DNA of 20,000 nucleotides. Origin: an uncultured virus (IMG/VR IMGVR_UViG_3300042891_001399). Its lineage: Duplodnaviria > Heunggongvirae > Uroviricota > Caudoviricetes. Positions within the stretch are counted from its first letter, which is position 1. The number at the start of each line of letters is the position of its first letter. Both the position numbers and the translations under genes were made by a program. Location: IMG/VR virus record IMGVR_UViG_3300042891_001399; one strand, given 5' to 3'. The notes beneath the pieces are model-generated. The model did not search any database, was not told the origin of the DNA, and worked only from the letters and a program-made list of their open reading frames with translations. This document shows positions 1 through 6,633 of the stretch, one piece after another.

Positions 1-2
1 TA

Positions 3-623
3 AATTATCAAAAATTTTGGGGTAGTTCAGACTTGTTCAAGTTTAAGTTTAAACGTGAACCCAAGGTTTGGACTATTGATGAAGTTCATGACTTATATCT
101 TAAAGCTTTAGATAGACACAATAAAAGATTAAAGCTTTGGATTGACTGTGTTGATAGAATTGTCAATGAGACTAATGAATTTGAGAAAGATAAAAGAAAA
201 ATATTTTTTACAAAAGATGGTAAATTTTATCAAAGAGAACTTAGTAAAAACCATGAGTATGACTCTTGGGGAGTTCGTTCCGCAGACTTAGTAAAATTTT
301 CAAGCACCTCAACATTAGTTGATAGAAATGAAAAATTAGAATTCTTACTTTCAAATGAAAAGGCATTTGAGCTTGGAGAGTTATATGAATCTTTGCAAGG
401 TAGAACAAGACATCTACACCTTTATGTAAAACAAATTTTATCAGAAATGGTACAAGATAAATTGAGATTTAAATTTAAAAATTGCGAATCTCCCGAAATG
501 CTTACTATTTCAATTGGTGAAAAAAGATACTATGTTAAATGTGACGACCAATACAGACGTAGTAGAATTTATAAAAAATTTGAACTCTTAAATGAGGTAA
601 CAGAAGAAATTAAACTAATATAG
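3..623 (+). CDS. Hypothetical protein, probably 5'-truncated by the window edge
   Basis: The frame of the track ORF 33..623 is open back to position 3, so the TTG at 33 is probably not the true start. No motif recognised. Confidence 0.75.
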   Translation, partial: NYQKFWGSSDLFKFKFKREPKVWTIDEVHDLYLKALDRHNKRLKLWIDCVDRIVNETNEFEKDKRKIFFTKDGKFYQRELSKNHEYDSWGVRSADLVKFSSTSTLVDRNEKLEFLLSNEKAFELGELYESLQGRTRHLHLYVKQILSEMVQDKLRFKFKNCESPEMLTISIGEKRYYVKCDDQYRRSRIYKKFELLNEVTEEIKLI

Positions 624-1037
624 TAAACCTTTTGACTTAATTAAAAGTTCACCAACAACCTCAATCTCACCCATTAATTCTTGGAATTCAATCTGTTCCA
701 TATTAATACCATCAGTTGTAGCATTAACCAACTCATCAACTAAGTCTTCAAAATGAGCTTTGGCTCTTGTTACATTAAACTTACCATCAACAGCTTGTTC
801 GTAATAAGGTAATTTAACCTTGAAGTGATGATATGTTAAAAGAGCATCGCCACCTTTTTCTTCAGCATTATTTACAATTGTAGTAGCACCATCTAATCTA
901 TGTTCAGAGAACTCTTCAAATTTTATAATATTATCGTTTGTAGAGTTATCATCTGAACCAGATGGTTGAGGCGTATCACCACTAACCTGGTGAGGTACTT
1001 CAGTTTGAAGTTCGTTAAATCTTTTAAGTTTTTTCAT
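615..1037 (-). CDS. Hypothetical protein with N-terminal MKKLKRFNE leader (putative capsid-targeted internal protein)
   Basis: 140 aa. Shared leader, TAATATATA 4 nt upstream, and a second leader-like segment IIKFEEFSE after an S/G/D/P-rich linker. Confidence 0.8.
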   Translation of the reverse strand: MKKLKRFNELQTEVPHQVSGDTPQPSGSDDNSTNDNIIKFEEFSEHRLDGATTIVNNAEEKGGDALLTYHHFKVKLPYYEQAVDGKFNVTRAKAHFEDLVDELVNATTDGINMEQIEFQELMGEIEVVGELLIKSKGLLY

Positions 1038-1041
1038 AAAG

Positions 1042-1050
1042 TATATATTA
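1042..1050 (-). promoter_or_regulatory. Putative phage late promoter TAATATATA
   Basis: Minus strand reads TAATATATA-CTTT-ATG(1037). The motif recurs before 13 starts in the window. Confidence 0.7.
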
Positions 1051-1068
1051 AAATTTAAATATTATTTG

Positions 1069-1076
1069 TATATTTG
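1069..1076 (+). promoter_or_regulatory. Bacteroidota sigmaA-type -7 element TATATTTG
   Basis: Matches TAnnTTTG and ends 4 nt before ATG 1081. Confidence 0.6.
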
Positions 1077-1080
1077 TTAA

Positions 1081-1422
1081 ATGAGGAATTTTATAATTGC
1101 GTTTATTTTAATTATTGTTGGTCAATCATTGGCTTATTTACAACTACAAAGTCAATTTTTTTGGACTTGGGCAAAAAATCATCCTTTATTAATGTCAATA
1201 ACAGGTTTTCCAATTTCTATACTTTTAATTTATTTTACAAAGTATTGCGCTTTAGCATTTGATGGTCAAGTTTGGCCGGGAAGGCTTATTGGCTTTGCGA
1301 TTGGTGCAATTGTCTTTGCTTTACTTTCTCACTTTATTATGAATGAGCCATTTAACACAAAGACTATAGTTTGTTTATTTTTGGCAGCAGGAATATTATT
1401 AGTTCAAGTTCTTTGGAAGTAA
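1081..1422 (+). CDS. Small multi-pass membrane protein, DMT/SMR-like
   Basis: 113 aa with about four hydrophobic segments. The C-terminal FALLSHFIMNEPFNTKTIVCLFLA resembles the DMT-superfamily ..EP.. pattern. Confidence 0.65.
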   Translation: MRNFIIAFILIIVGQSLAYLQLQSQFFWTWAKNHPLLMSITGFPISILLIYFTKYCALAFDGQVWPGRLIGFAIGAIVFALLSHFIMNEPFNTKTIVCLFLAAGILLVQVLWK

Positions 1423-1433
1423 GATATATATGC

Positions 1434-1442
1434 TAATATATA
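1434..1442 (+). promoter_or_regulatory. Putative phage late promoter TAATATATA
   Basis: Exact motif 20 nt upstream of ATG 1463. Confidence 0.6.
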
Positions 1443-1462
1443 GTTAAAAGAAATATTTAATT

Positions 1463-2281
1463 ATGAGAAAAATTTTAGTAGCATTTTTACTACTTTTAAC
1501 AATCGGTCAAGTATCTGCCCAGGTTTCAAAAGATACATCACACTTAAACATAGTTTCATGGAACATACAAAATTTTGGTAGATCTAAATCTGCTTCAGAT
1601 ACTGTTATGAAATACATATGTGATAAAGTAAAGGGTTATGATATTGTAGCAATACAGGAAGTATCAACCTCTGAGTTTGGCGCACAAGCAGTTGCTAAAC
1701 TTGACGAATTACTAGATAGAACAGGAACATCTTGGGACTATGTAGTATCAGATCCAACTACTGGTGCTGGTTCTGAAAGATATGCTTATCTATATAAAAA
1801 GAGTAAAGTTACATTAAAAGAAAAACCTTGCTTAGAAAAAACATTAGAAGATAAATTAAACAGAGAACCTTTCAAAGCCGTTTTTGTATTTAAGGGTAGT
1901 GATTATTATCTTTTCAATTTACACTTAGTACCAACAGATAAAAATCCTGCTTTAGAAGCGGCACATTTGGCTTCTTTAGGTGAAACTTATAAGGGTAAAA
2001 AAATTATATTTATGGGTGACTTAAATCTATCACAATCTGATCCAGGGTTTGATGGTGTTAAAAAGTGGGCTAAACCTACTTTAATTGGTAAAAAGACATC
2101 ACTTAAAATGAAAGAAGGAGAAGAAGGAGAAAGACTTAATATGGAATATGATAACTTTTTTGCTACTACAAATATAATTGTAGCTAAAAGTGATGTTATA
2201 AATTTCTTTTCAGAATTTAAAGATTTGAAATTAGCCAGAAAGGTTTCGGACCACTGTCCTATTTATTGTGTTATAAAATAA
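1463..2281 (+). CDS. Secreted DNase I-like endonuclease/exonuclease/phosphatase (EEP) family protein
   Basis: Signal peptide MRKILVAFLLLLTIGQVSA. Motifs WNIQNFG, DIVAIQEV, ERYAYLY, REPF, HLVP, GDLN, YDNFF and VSDHCPI. Confidence 0.92.
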   Translation: MRKILVAFLLLLTIGQVSAQVSKDTSHLNIVSWNIQNFGRSKSASDTVMKYICDKVKGYDIVAIQEVSTSEFGAQAVAKLDELLDRTGTSWDYVVSDPTTGAGSERYAYLYKKSKVTLKEKPCLEKTLEDKLNREPFKAVFVFKGSDYYLFNLHLVPTDKNPALEAAHLASLGETYKGKKIIFMGDLNLSQSDPGFDGVKKWAKPTLIGKKTSLKMKEGEEGERLNMEYDNFFATTNIIVAKSDVINFFSEFKDLKLARKVSDHCPIYCVIK

Positions 2282-2284
2282 AAG

Positions 2285-2312
2285 AAACCCACTCAAATTG
2301 AGTGGGTTTTTT
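2285..2312. terminator. Bidirectional intrinsic terminator
   Basis: AAACCCACTCA-AAT-TGAGTGGGTTT followed by a T-run, A-rich on the other side, between convergent genes. Confidence 0.85.
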
Positions 2313-2314
2313 AT

Positions 2315-3421
2315 TTAATCTCTTGTTAATGGTGGAATATTTAATCCAAAATAATCTCCCCATCTTCTTATTAAACCTCTATCATATCCTTTACTAAAAT
2401 CACCTTGAGTTGAAGTTAATATATGGCCTCTCGTTCTTTGATTTTTATCCATATCATTCCAAAGTAAACCAGTAACATAATCATATCTTGAAAATGTATC
2501 CATATAAGGATATTTTTCATATTTTAATTTTTTAATCTGAACAGATATTTTAACACCCTGATGTTTTTTACCTTGATAAATTAGAGATTTATTCCAATTT
2601 GAAGTACCCGGTGTTCTATAAGCCCATCCTTTCTTTTCAGCAAAAGACATCATTACTTTTTCTTGGTGATCTCTTACAGTGTAAACTCTATCCATATAAT
2701 AAGTAAATCCTAATTGTGGATCACTTGTTTTAATTTTCCAAACTAAAGCTCTAGCAACTATTTTATCACCAGACTTCATAATAAGTAAATTAACAGATTC
2801 TGGATTCTGCGTGTAAATATCAAAGAAGTTTTTATCAACCATACAAGAATTGCCTAATGATCCACCTGAGTAACAGTTTTCTGATTTATACCACTTTGCA
2901 ATTTCATCACCACTCACCAATTCAATCTTTTCTTTTAAGTTATCTTGAACAGCTTTTAATTCATTTACAAATTCTTCAATTTGAGTATCTATTGTAGAAG
3001 GTAAAACCTTTTTAATAAACTTACCAATTTTAACAGCATTTTTATTACCGGTATAAATTGATAAGTAAGTTCTACCATTTATCTCATTATTATAAATAGT
3101 ATCATGATATTCTTTATTAGGATTAGTTTGAATATCCAATGGATCACCGGACATGGTTGAATGTACCTCAAAATCTTCACTATAAGTTTTTTTAATCTTT
3201 TCAATAGCTTTAGCCATTGGATGGAATGTTAAATAACCAACATCTTCAGCAGAGTTAACAAATGTAATATCTGTGGGTAAGTCTTTCATTTCAAGTTCTA
3301 AAAGTTTAGAAGCAATATCAGATCCACCTTCTTTAAGTATCTCTAATTGTTCTCTAAATGGAGGAGCATAGTAAAGCACAGACTCGTCTATTCTATTAAA
3401 TTCATTAAAACTCTTAATCAT
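2315..3421 (-). CDS. Conserved-looking phage protein with leader MIKSFNEFNRIDES and a C-terminal SCM/ARALVW/DRVY/YPYMDT domain
   Basis: 368 aa. Leader variant, AAATATATA 5 nt upstream, and motif-like blocks SLGNSCM, ARALVW, YMDRVY, YPYMDTF. Function not assignable. Confidence 0.8.
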   Translation of the reverse strand: MIKSFNEFNRIDESVLYYAPPFREQLEILKEGGSDIASKLLELEMKDLPTDITFVNSAEDVGYLTFHPMAKAIEKIKKTYSEDFEVHSTMSGDPLDIQTNPNKEYHDTIYNNEINGRTYLSIYTGNKNAVKIGKFIKKVLPSTIDTQIEEFVNELKAVQDNLKEKIELVSGDEIAKWYKSENCYSGGSLGNSCMVDKNFFDIYTQNPESVNLLIMKSGDKIVARALVWKIKTSDPQLGFTYYMDRVYTVRDHQEKVMMSFAEKKGWAYRTPGTSNWNKSLIYQGKKHQGVKISVQIKKLKYEKYPYMDTFSRYDYVTGLLWNDMDKNQRTRGHILTSTQGDFSKGYDRGLIRRWGDYFGLNIPPLTRD

Positions 3422-3426
3422 AAATG

Positions 3427-3435
3427 TATATATTT
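3427..3435 (-). promoter_or_regulatory. Putative phage late promoter variant AAATATATA
   Basis: Minus strand reads TAAATATATA-CATTT-ATG(3421). Confidence 0.65.
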
Positions 3436-3460
3436 ATTTCTTAATCTCATTATCTTTTCA

Positions 3461-3468
3461 TATCTTTG
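3461..3468 (+). promoter_or_regulatory. Bacteroidota sigmaA-type -7 element TATCTTTG
   Basis: TAnnTTTG 5 nt before ATG 3474. Heads the 3474-5190 operon. Confidence 0.65.
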
Positions 3469-3473
3469 TAATT

Positions 3474-3584
3474 ATGAAAAGACAAGAACTAGCTTGGGAT
3501 GAATACGGAAACCCCGTAATCATAGAAATTGATGACGATAACAATGTAATTGATTCGGATGAATTATTGGATAAACTCAAATAG
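3474..3584 (+). CDS. Small acidic protein, 36 aa (not in ORF track)
   Basis: MKRQELAWDEYGNPVIIEIDDDNNVIDSDELLDKLK*. Starts right after the -7 element and overlaps the next gene's ATG at 3559. Confidence 0.65.
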   Translation: MKRQELAWDEYGNPVIIEIDDDNNVIDSDELLDKLK

Positions 3585-3879
3585 TGGTGATTATATAGTT
3601 GAAGACGGTGGACAACATCGTCTTCATTTAATTTCAAGATGGATGGATAATGTCTTCCAACCAAGTGAAATCATTGAATTAACTCAATCTCAATTTGAGT
3701 CAATTAAAGGTTTCATACCTATTAAAGAAAAGAAATTATTTTCTCGGTTAAATACGTTCAATCCGGGTAAAAGATACGCACCTACTTTATCAGATGGTAC
3801 TAAAGGCAAATCAACAAGAGTTGAAGTACCAACTGTTCAAGACGCAAGAGAACAAAGGTTAAAAGAATTAGGATTATAA
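3559..3879 (+). CDS. Hypothetical protein with C-terminal REQRLKELGL tail
   Basis: ATG 3559 preferred over TTG 3550. TAATG-coupled to the next gene. Confidence 0.75.
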   Translation: MNYWINSNSGDYIVEDGGQHRLHLISRWMDNVFQPSEIIELTQSQFESIKGFIPIKEKKLFSRLNTFNPGKRYAPTLSDGTKGKSTRVEVPTVQDAREQRLKELGL

Positions 3880-4331
3880 TGGATGAATTTGTAAAACAAA
3901 TCACAGATAAGTGGAAAGAAATGATTGATTCTACTACTGTTAGTGGATACTCACGCAAAGTAGAATCAGTTAATTACTTCAGAATGGATAAATGGTATAC
4001 TGGTTATCCAGAGATTGAATTCTGTTATAAAGTTACTTTTAATTTTGAAGATGGAATCTCCAATTCAATTTATTCTAATGTGACAAATCCTTATATTGAT
4101 AATGCTAAAGAAAAATGGCATAAAAGAATAGAAGATAGATTTACTAATATGTTTTGGAATCCATCCGATGAAGTTATGCCAAGAGCCGGTTCTAACTCTG
4201 GTGAAACCAAATTTGAAAATAGTAAAGTTGATTATATGACTAATCAAGGTTATAGATTTATTATTCAGTTTTATCCAAAAGGATTTGTGTCGGAATTTAG
4301 AAATGAAAAATTAAAAGAGTTAGGTATATGA
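3879..4331 (+). CDS. Hypothetical protein with C-terminal RNEKLKELGI tail
   Basis: 150 aa, coupled on both sides (TAATG and ATGA). Confidence 0.8.
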   Translation: MDEFVKQITDKWKEMIDSTTVSGYSRKVESVNYFRMDKWYTGYPEIEFCYKVTFNFEDGISNSIYSNVTNPYIDNAKEKWHKRIEDRFTNMFWNPSDEVMPRAGSNSGETKFENSKVDYMTNQGYRFIIQFYPKGFVSEFRNEKLKELGI

Positions 4332-4990
4332 AATTAAGACCAGACTATATAGAAAGAATAAAAAAGCTAGAGGATCTTAAATTTAATAACTTTTTAATTA
4401 AAGATAAAAACATACATCATATAAGTAACCATGCTCGCGGTAATCTATATGATAACATCACAAGAATAGATTTCAACGCACTTTATCCAAATATTTTAAT
4501 TGGTCTTTTTAATGAGGGTTTATTGAATGAAAAGTGGAAAAATGATATTAATAAAGTTAAATGGTTCTTAGAAAATAGATCTGATTTAAAACTATTGAGT
4601 CCAGATGAATATGGAAAATGGAAAATACACTGTAATTCACTTTATATTAAAATAAAGTCACCGTATGTAGTTGAGTATATGAATATATTTTATTCAGAAC
4701 TAATTGAAAAATATGGAGACCTAATAATCTATATTGATGTTGATAGAATTTATTTTAAACTTAGTAAAGAAGAATTTCAAACCAAAACAAACATTGAAGA
4801 GTTAAATGATTTTAATTATTATGTTGAATTCATTAATTACTTTTATGCTGAGGAATTAAAAAAATATATAGAACAGGACTCTTTCGGTCAATTGGCTTGT
4901 TCAGGATTTAAAGAACCAAATAAAACGAATTTAGAAAACCTAATTAAAAGAGAAATCCGAAGAAGAAAATTAGACAATTTAGGAATATGA
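4328..4990 (+). CDS. Miniature family-B DNA polymerase palm-like protein with C-terminal RRRKLDNLGI tail
   Basis: PolB-like motifs in the correct order: A = DFNALYPNIL (D48), B = KIHCNSLY (K99), C = YIDVDRIYF (D137/D139). Only 220 aa, no exonuclease domain. Confidence 0.7.
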   Translation: MKLRPDYIERIKKLEDLKFNNFLIKDKNIHHISNHARGNLYDNITRIDFNALYPNILIGLFNEGLLNEKWKNDINKVKWFLENRSDLKLLSPDEYGKWKIHCNSLYIKIKSPYVVEYMNIFYSELIEKYGDLIIYIDVDRIYFKLSKEEFQTKTNIEELNDFNYYVEFINYFYAEELKKYIEQDSFGQLACSGFKEPNKTNLENLIKREIRRRKLDNLGI

Positions 4991-5190
4991 TAGAAGTTTG
5001 GGGTTACATATCAATGGTAGTAGTACTTGCTTCAATGATGATGAAAAACATTAAGATACTAAGAATTACAAATTCAATTGCTTGTGCTATGTTTATTATT
5101 TATGGATTGGCACATGGAACATATCCAGTTGTTATAATGAACATATTGGTTATTTGTATAAATATTTTTCAATTAAAAAAAGGAGAATAG
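4987..5190 (+). CDS. Small 3-TM membrane protein, YgjV/SemiSWEET-like
   Basis: 67 aa with the pattern GYISMVVVLASMMMKNIKILRITN..C.MFIIYG....YPVVIMN. Confidence 0.7.
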   Translation: MIEVWGYISMVVVLASMMMKNIKILRITNSIACAMFIIYGLAHGTYPVVIMNILVICINIFQLKKGE

Positions 5191-5221
5191 TTTGATAATT
5201 AAAATATTTTAATTATATTTG
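5191..5221 (+). promoter_or_regulatory. Complete Bacteroidota sigmaA promoter (TTTG-N19-TATATTTG)
   Basis: TTTG 5191-5194 and TATATTTG 5214-5221, with ATG at 5226. Confidence 0.8.
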
Positions 5222-5225
5222 TCGT

Positions 5226-5315
5226 ATGAAAGATATTCTAAAAAGAACTCCTATAGCTGTTTATGTCATCACTTGGTTTATTGTTATTGGTACAATTGCA
5301 CTTTTATTTTCATAA
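5226..5315 (+). CDS. Single-pass membrane microprotein, 29 aa (not in ORF track)
   Basis: MKDILKRTPIAVYVITWFIVIGTIALLFS*. Basic N-terminus plus a hydrophobic helix, behind a consensus promoter. Confidence 0.7.
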   Translation: MKDILKRTPIAVYVITWFIVIGTIALLFS

Positions 5316-5366
5316 AATAATTTAATTTTTTTTTAATCTTGTAACCATACTAATGTCTATTATCAC

Positions 5367-5374
5367 TATATTTG
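5367..5374 (+). promoter_or_regulatory. Bacteroidota sigmaA-type -7 element TATATTTG
   Basis: TAnnTTTG 30 nt upstream of ATG 5405, followed by an A-rich leader. Confidence 0.6.
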
Positions 5375-5404
5375 TAAGTAATAACCCTAATTTATAAAAA
5401 CAAA

Positions 5405-5596
5405 ATGACAAAAGAAAAATTATTGATGGACCAGTTTAACATTTCTCAAACAATGGCTAAACTGATGGTGAAGTATGATTGTCAAACTCCTGACGAGTAT
5501 CGTGCAATTCGTAAACAACGAAGAGTAGATGTTCCGAAAAAAGAACCTAAAGCTAAACCAGCTCCGGTTGTTCAGCAAAAAGGTAAGAAAAAGTAA
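5405..5596 (+). CDS. Small basic protein with Lys/Pro-rich tail (possible nucleic-acid binding)
   Basis: 63 aa ending PKKEPKAKPAPVVQQKGKKK. Has its own promoter and terminator. Confidence 0.75.
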   Translation: MTKEKLLMDQFNISQTMAKLMVKYDCQTPDEYRAIRKQRRVDVPKKEPKAKPAPVVQQKGKKK

Positions 5597-5610
5597 TCTA
5601 ACTAACTAAC

Positions 5611-5640
5611 AAAAAAAGACACCTAAGGGTGTCTTTTTTT
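5611..5640. terminator. Bidirectional intrinsic terminator
   Basis: Perfect inverted repeat AAAAAAAGACACC-TAAG-GGTGTCTTTTTTT between convergent genes. Confidence 0.9.
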
Positions 5641-5881
5641 ATTCAAAATCTTCAAAATCTTCAAGATTTTCAATATCCTCTTCAATCTCTTCGTATTTTT
5701 TCTTCTTTACAACCTCTACTACTTTATCTGATTCTTTACCAAGTAGTTTATAAGTTATTCCGTTATAAACTATGTAGTTATATGGATCACCACCACCTGT
5801 ACTCCAAACTTGAGTTATGTCGCTTTTTTTTGTGATTATTCTACCTTCCATAATTTTAATGGTTCCTAAGTTTTCACCCAT
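5639..5881 (-). CDS. Hypothetical protein with acidic C-terminus
   Basis: 80 aa ending EEIEEDIENLEDFEDFE. CAATATATA lies 20 nt upstream and the gene ends at the terminator. Confidence 0.7.
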   Translation of the reverse strand: MGENLGTIKIMEGRIITKKSDITQVWSTGGGDPYNYIVYNGITYKLLGKESDKVVEVVKKKKYEEIEEDIENLEDFEDFE

Positions 5882-5901
5882 ATGTTAAAATTAATTTTGA
5901 T

Positions 5902-5910
5902 TATATATTG
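5902..5910 (-). promoter_or_regulatory. Putative late promoter variant CAATATATA
   Basis: One mismatch to TAATATATA, 20 nt before ATG 5881. Confidence 0.5.
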
Positions 5911-5935
5911 ATTTTTATTTTCAAAATATCAATTT

Positions 5936-5944
5936 TAATATATA
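5936..5944 (+). promoter_or_regulatory. Putative phage late promoter TAATATATA
   Basis: TAATATATA-TTCT-ATG(5949). Confidence 0.7.
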
Positions 5945-5948
5945 TTCT

Positions 5949-6347
5949 ATGAAATATCTAAAAAAGTTTAATGAAAATGTGGCTGAGAAGTATCTACAAA
6001 TGCATGAGATACTTAAAGATGTATTTGCTGAGTTGATAGATGATACTACTATTCAAGTAGAGTTTGGATATGAATCCGATGATAGTGAAATACTTGTTAC
6101 TATAAAACCTTGGACTAAAACACAAACAGCTGGTTTGGGACTTTCTATGATGAAGCCTACTGAAATGACCACAGAACAAATGGTTGAAAGATATTCAAAA
6201 TATCTTGAGTTAGTTAAAGATATTGAAGTTTGTTATAAAAGAGCAGTTGATGAATTAAATACCAAAGGTAAATTAATGGTAGCTGTTGATAATAGAATTT
6301 ATATGGCATTCCAAATACCAGGTGCTAAAACAGAATATCCTTTTTAA
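5949..6347 (+). CDS. Leader-tagged protein (MKYLKKFNE), divergent member of the repeated DILLELxD domain family
   Basis: Leader followed by EILKDVFAELIDD. Confidence 0.8.
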   Translation: MKYLKKFNENVAEKYLQMHEILKDVFAELIDDTTIQVEFGYESDDSEILVTIKPWTKTQTAGLGLSMMKPTEMTTEQMVERYSKYLELVKDIEVCYKRAVDELNTKGKLMVAVDNRIYMAFQIPGAKTEYPF

Positions 6348-6622
6348 TGAAATACTTAAAGAAATATAAAATATTTGAGAGTGATTCTTTCAAATGGGTT
6401 GAAGAGAATAATAAATTAAAAATAAAATTTGAATTCAAAGATTTTAACGAGGCTTTAGATTTCATAAATAAATTAGCATCTATCTGTGAATCAATGAATC
6501 ATCATCCTGAAATTAATTGGGTTTATAATAAAATTGAACTTACTTTATCTACACATGACGATGGTGATAAAATTACAGAACTAGATTATCAATTAGCAAA
6601 TAAAATAGATGAGATAATATAA
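6347..6622 (+). CDS. phhB: Pterin-4-alpha-carbinolamine dehydratase (PCD/PhhB family) with N-terminal MKYLKKYKIFES leader
   Basis: FKDFNEALDF, NHHPEI, LSTHD and ITELDYQLA are PCD family signatures. Confidence 0.9.
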   Translation: MKYLKKYKIFESDSFKWVEENNKLKIKFEFKDFNEALDFINKLASICESMNHHPEINWVYNKIELTLSTHDDGDKITELDYQLANKIDEII

Positions 6623-6628
6623 TATATA
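6620..6628 (+). promoter_or_regulatory. Putative late promoter TAATATATA overlapping the PCD stop codon
   Basis: TAATATATA-CAATA-ATG(6634). Confidence 0.7.
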
Positions 6629-6633
6629 CAATA

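Noticed and set aside
1074..1262. 62-aa ORF in the track
   Set aside because: Out-of-frame shadow of the membrane protein gene 1081..1422, and its start lies inside the -7 element.
3458..3664. 68-aa minus-strand ORF
   Set aside because: Antisense to the promoter-supported 3474 and 3559 genes, with no upstream motif.
4065..4247. 60-aa minus-strand ORF
   Set aside because: Antisense shadow inside 3879..4331.
5629..5835. 68-aa plus-strand ORF
   Set aside because: Starts inside a terminator hairpin and is antisense to 5639..5881.
5994..6179. 61-aa minus-strand ORF
   Set aside because: Antisense shadow inside the tagged gene 5949..6347.
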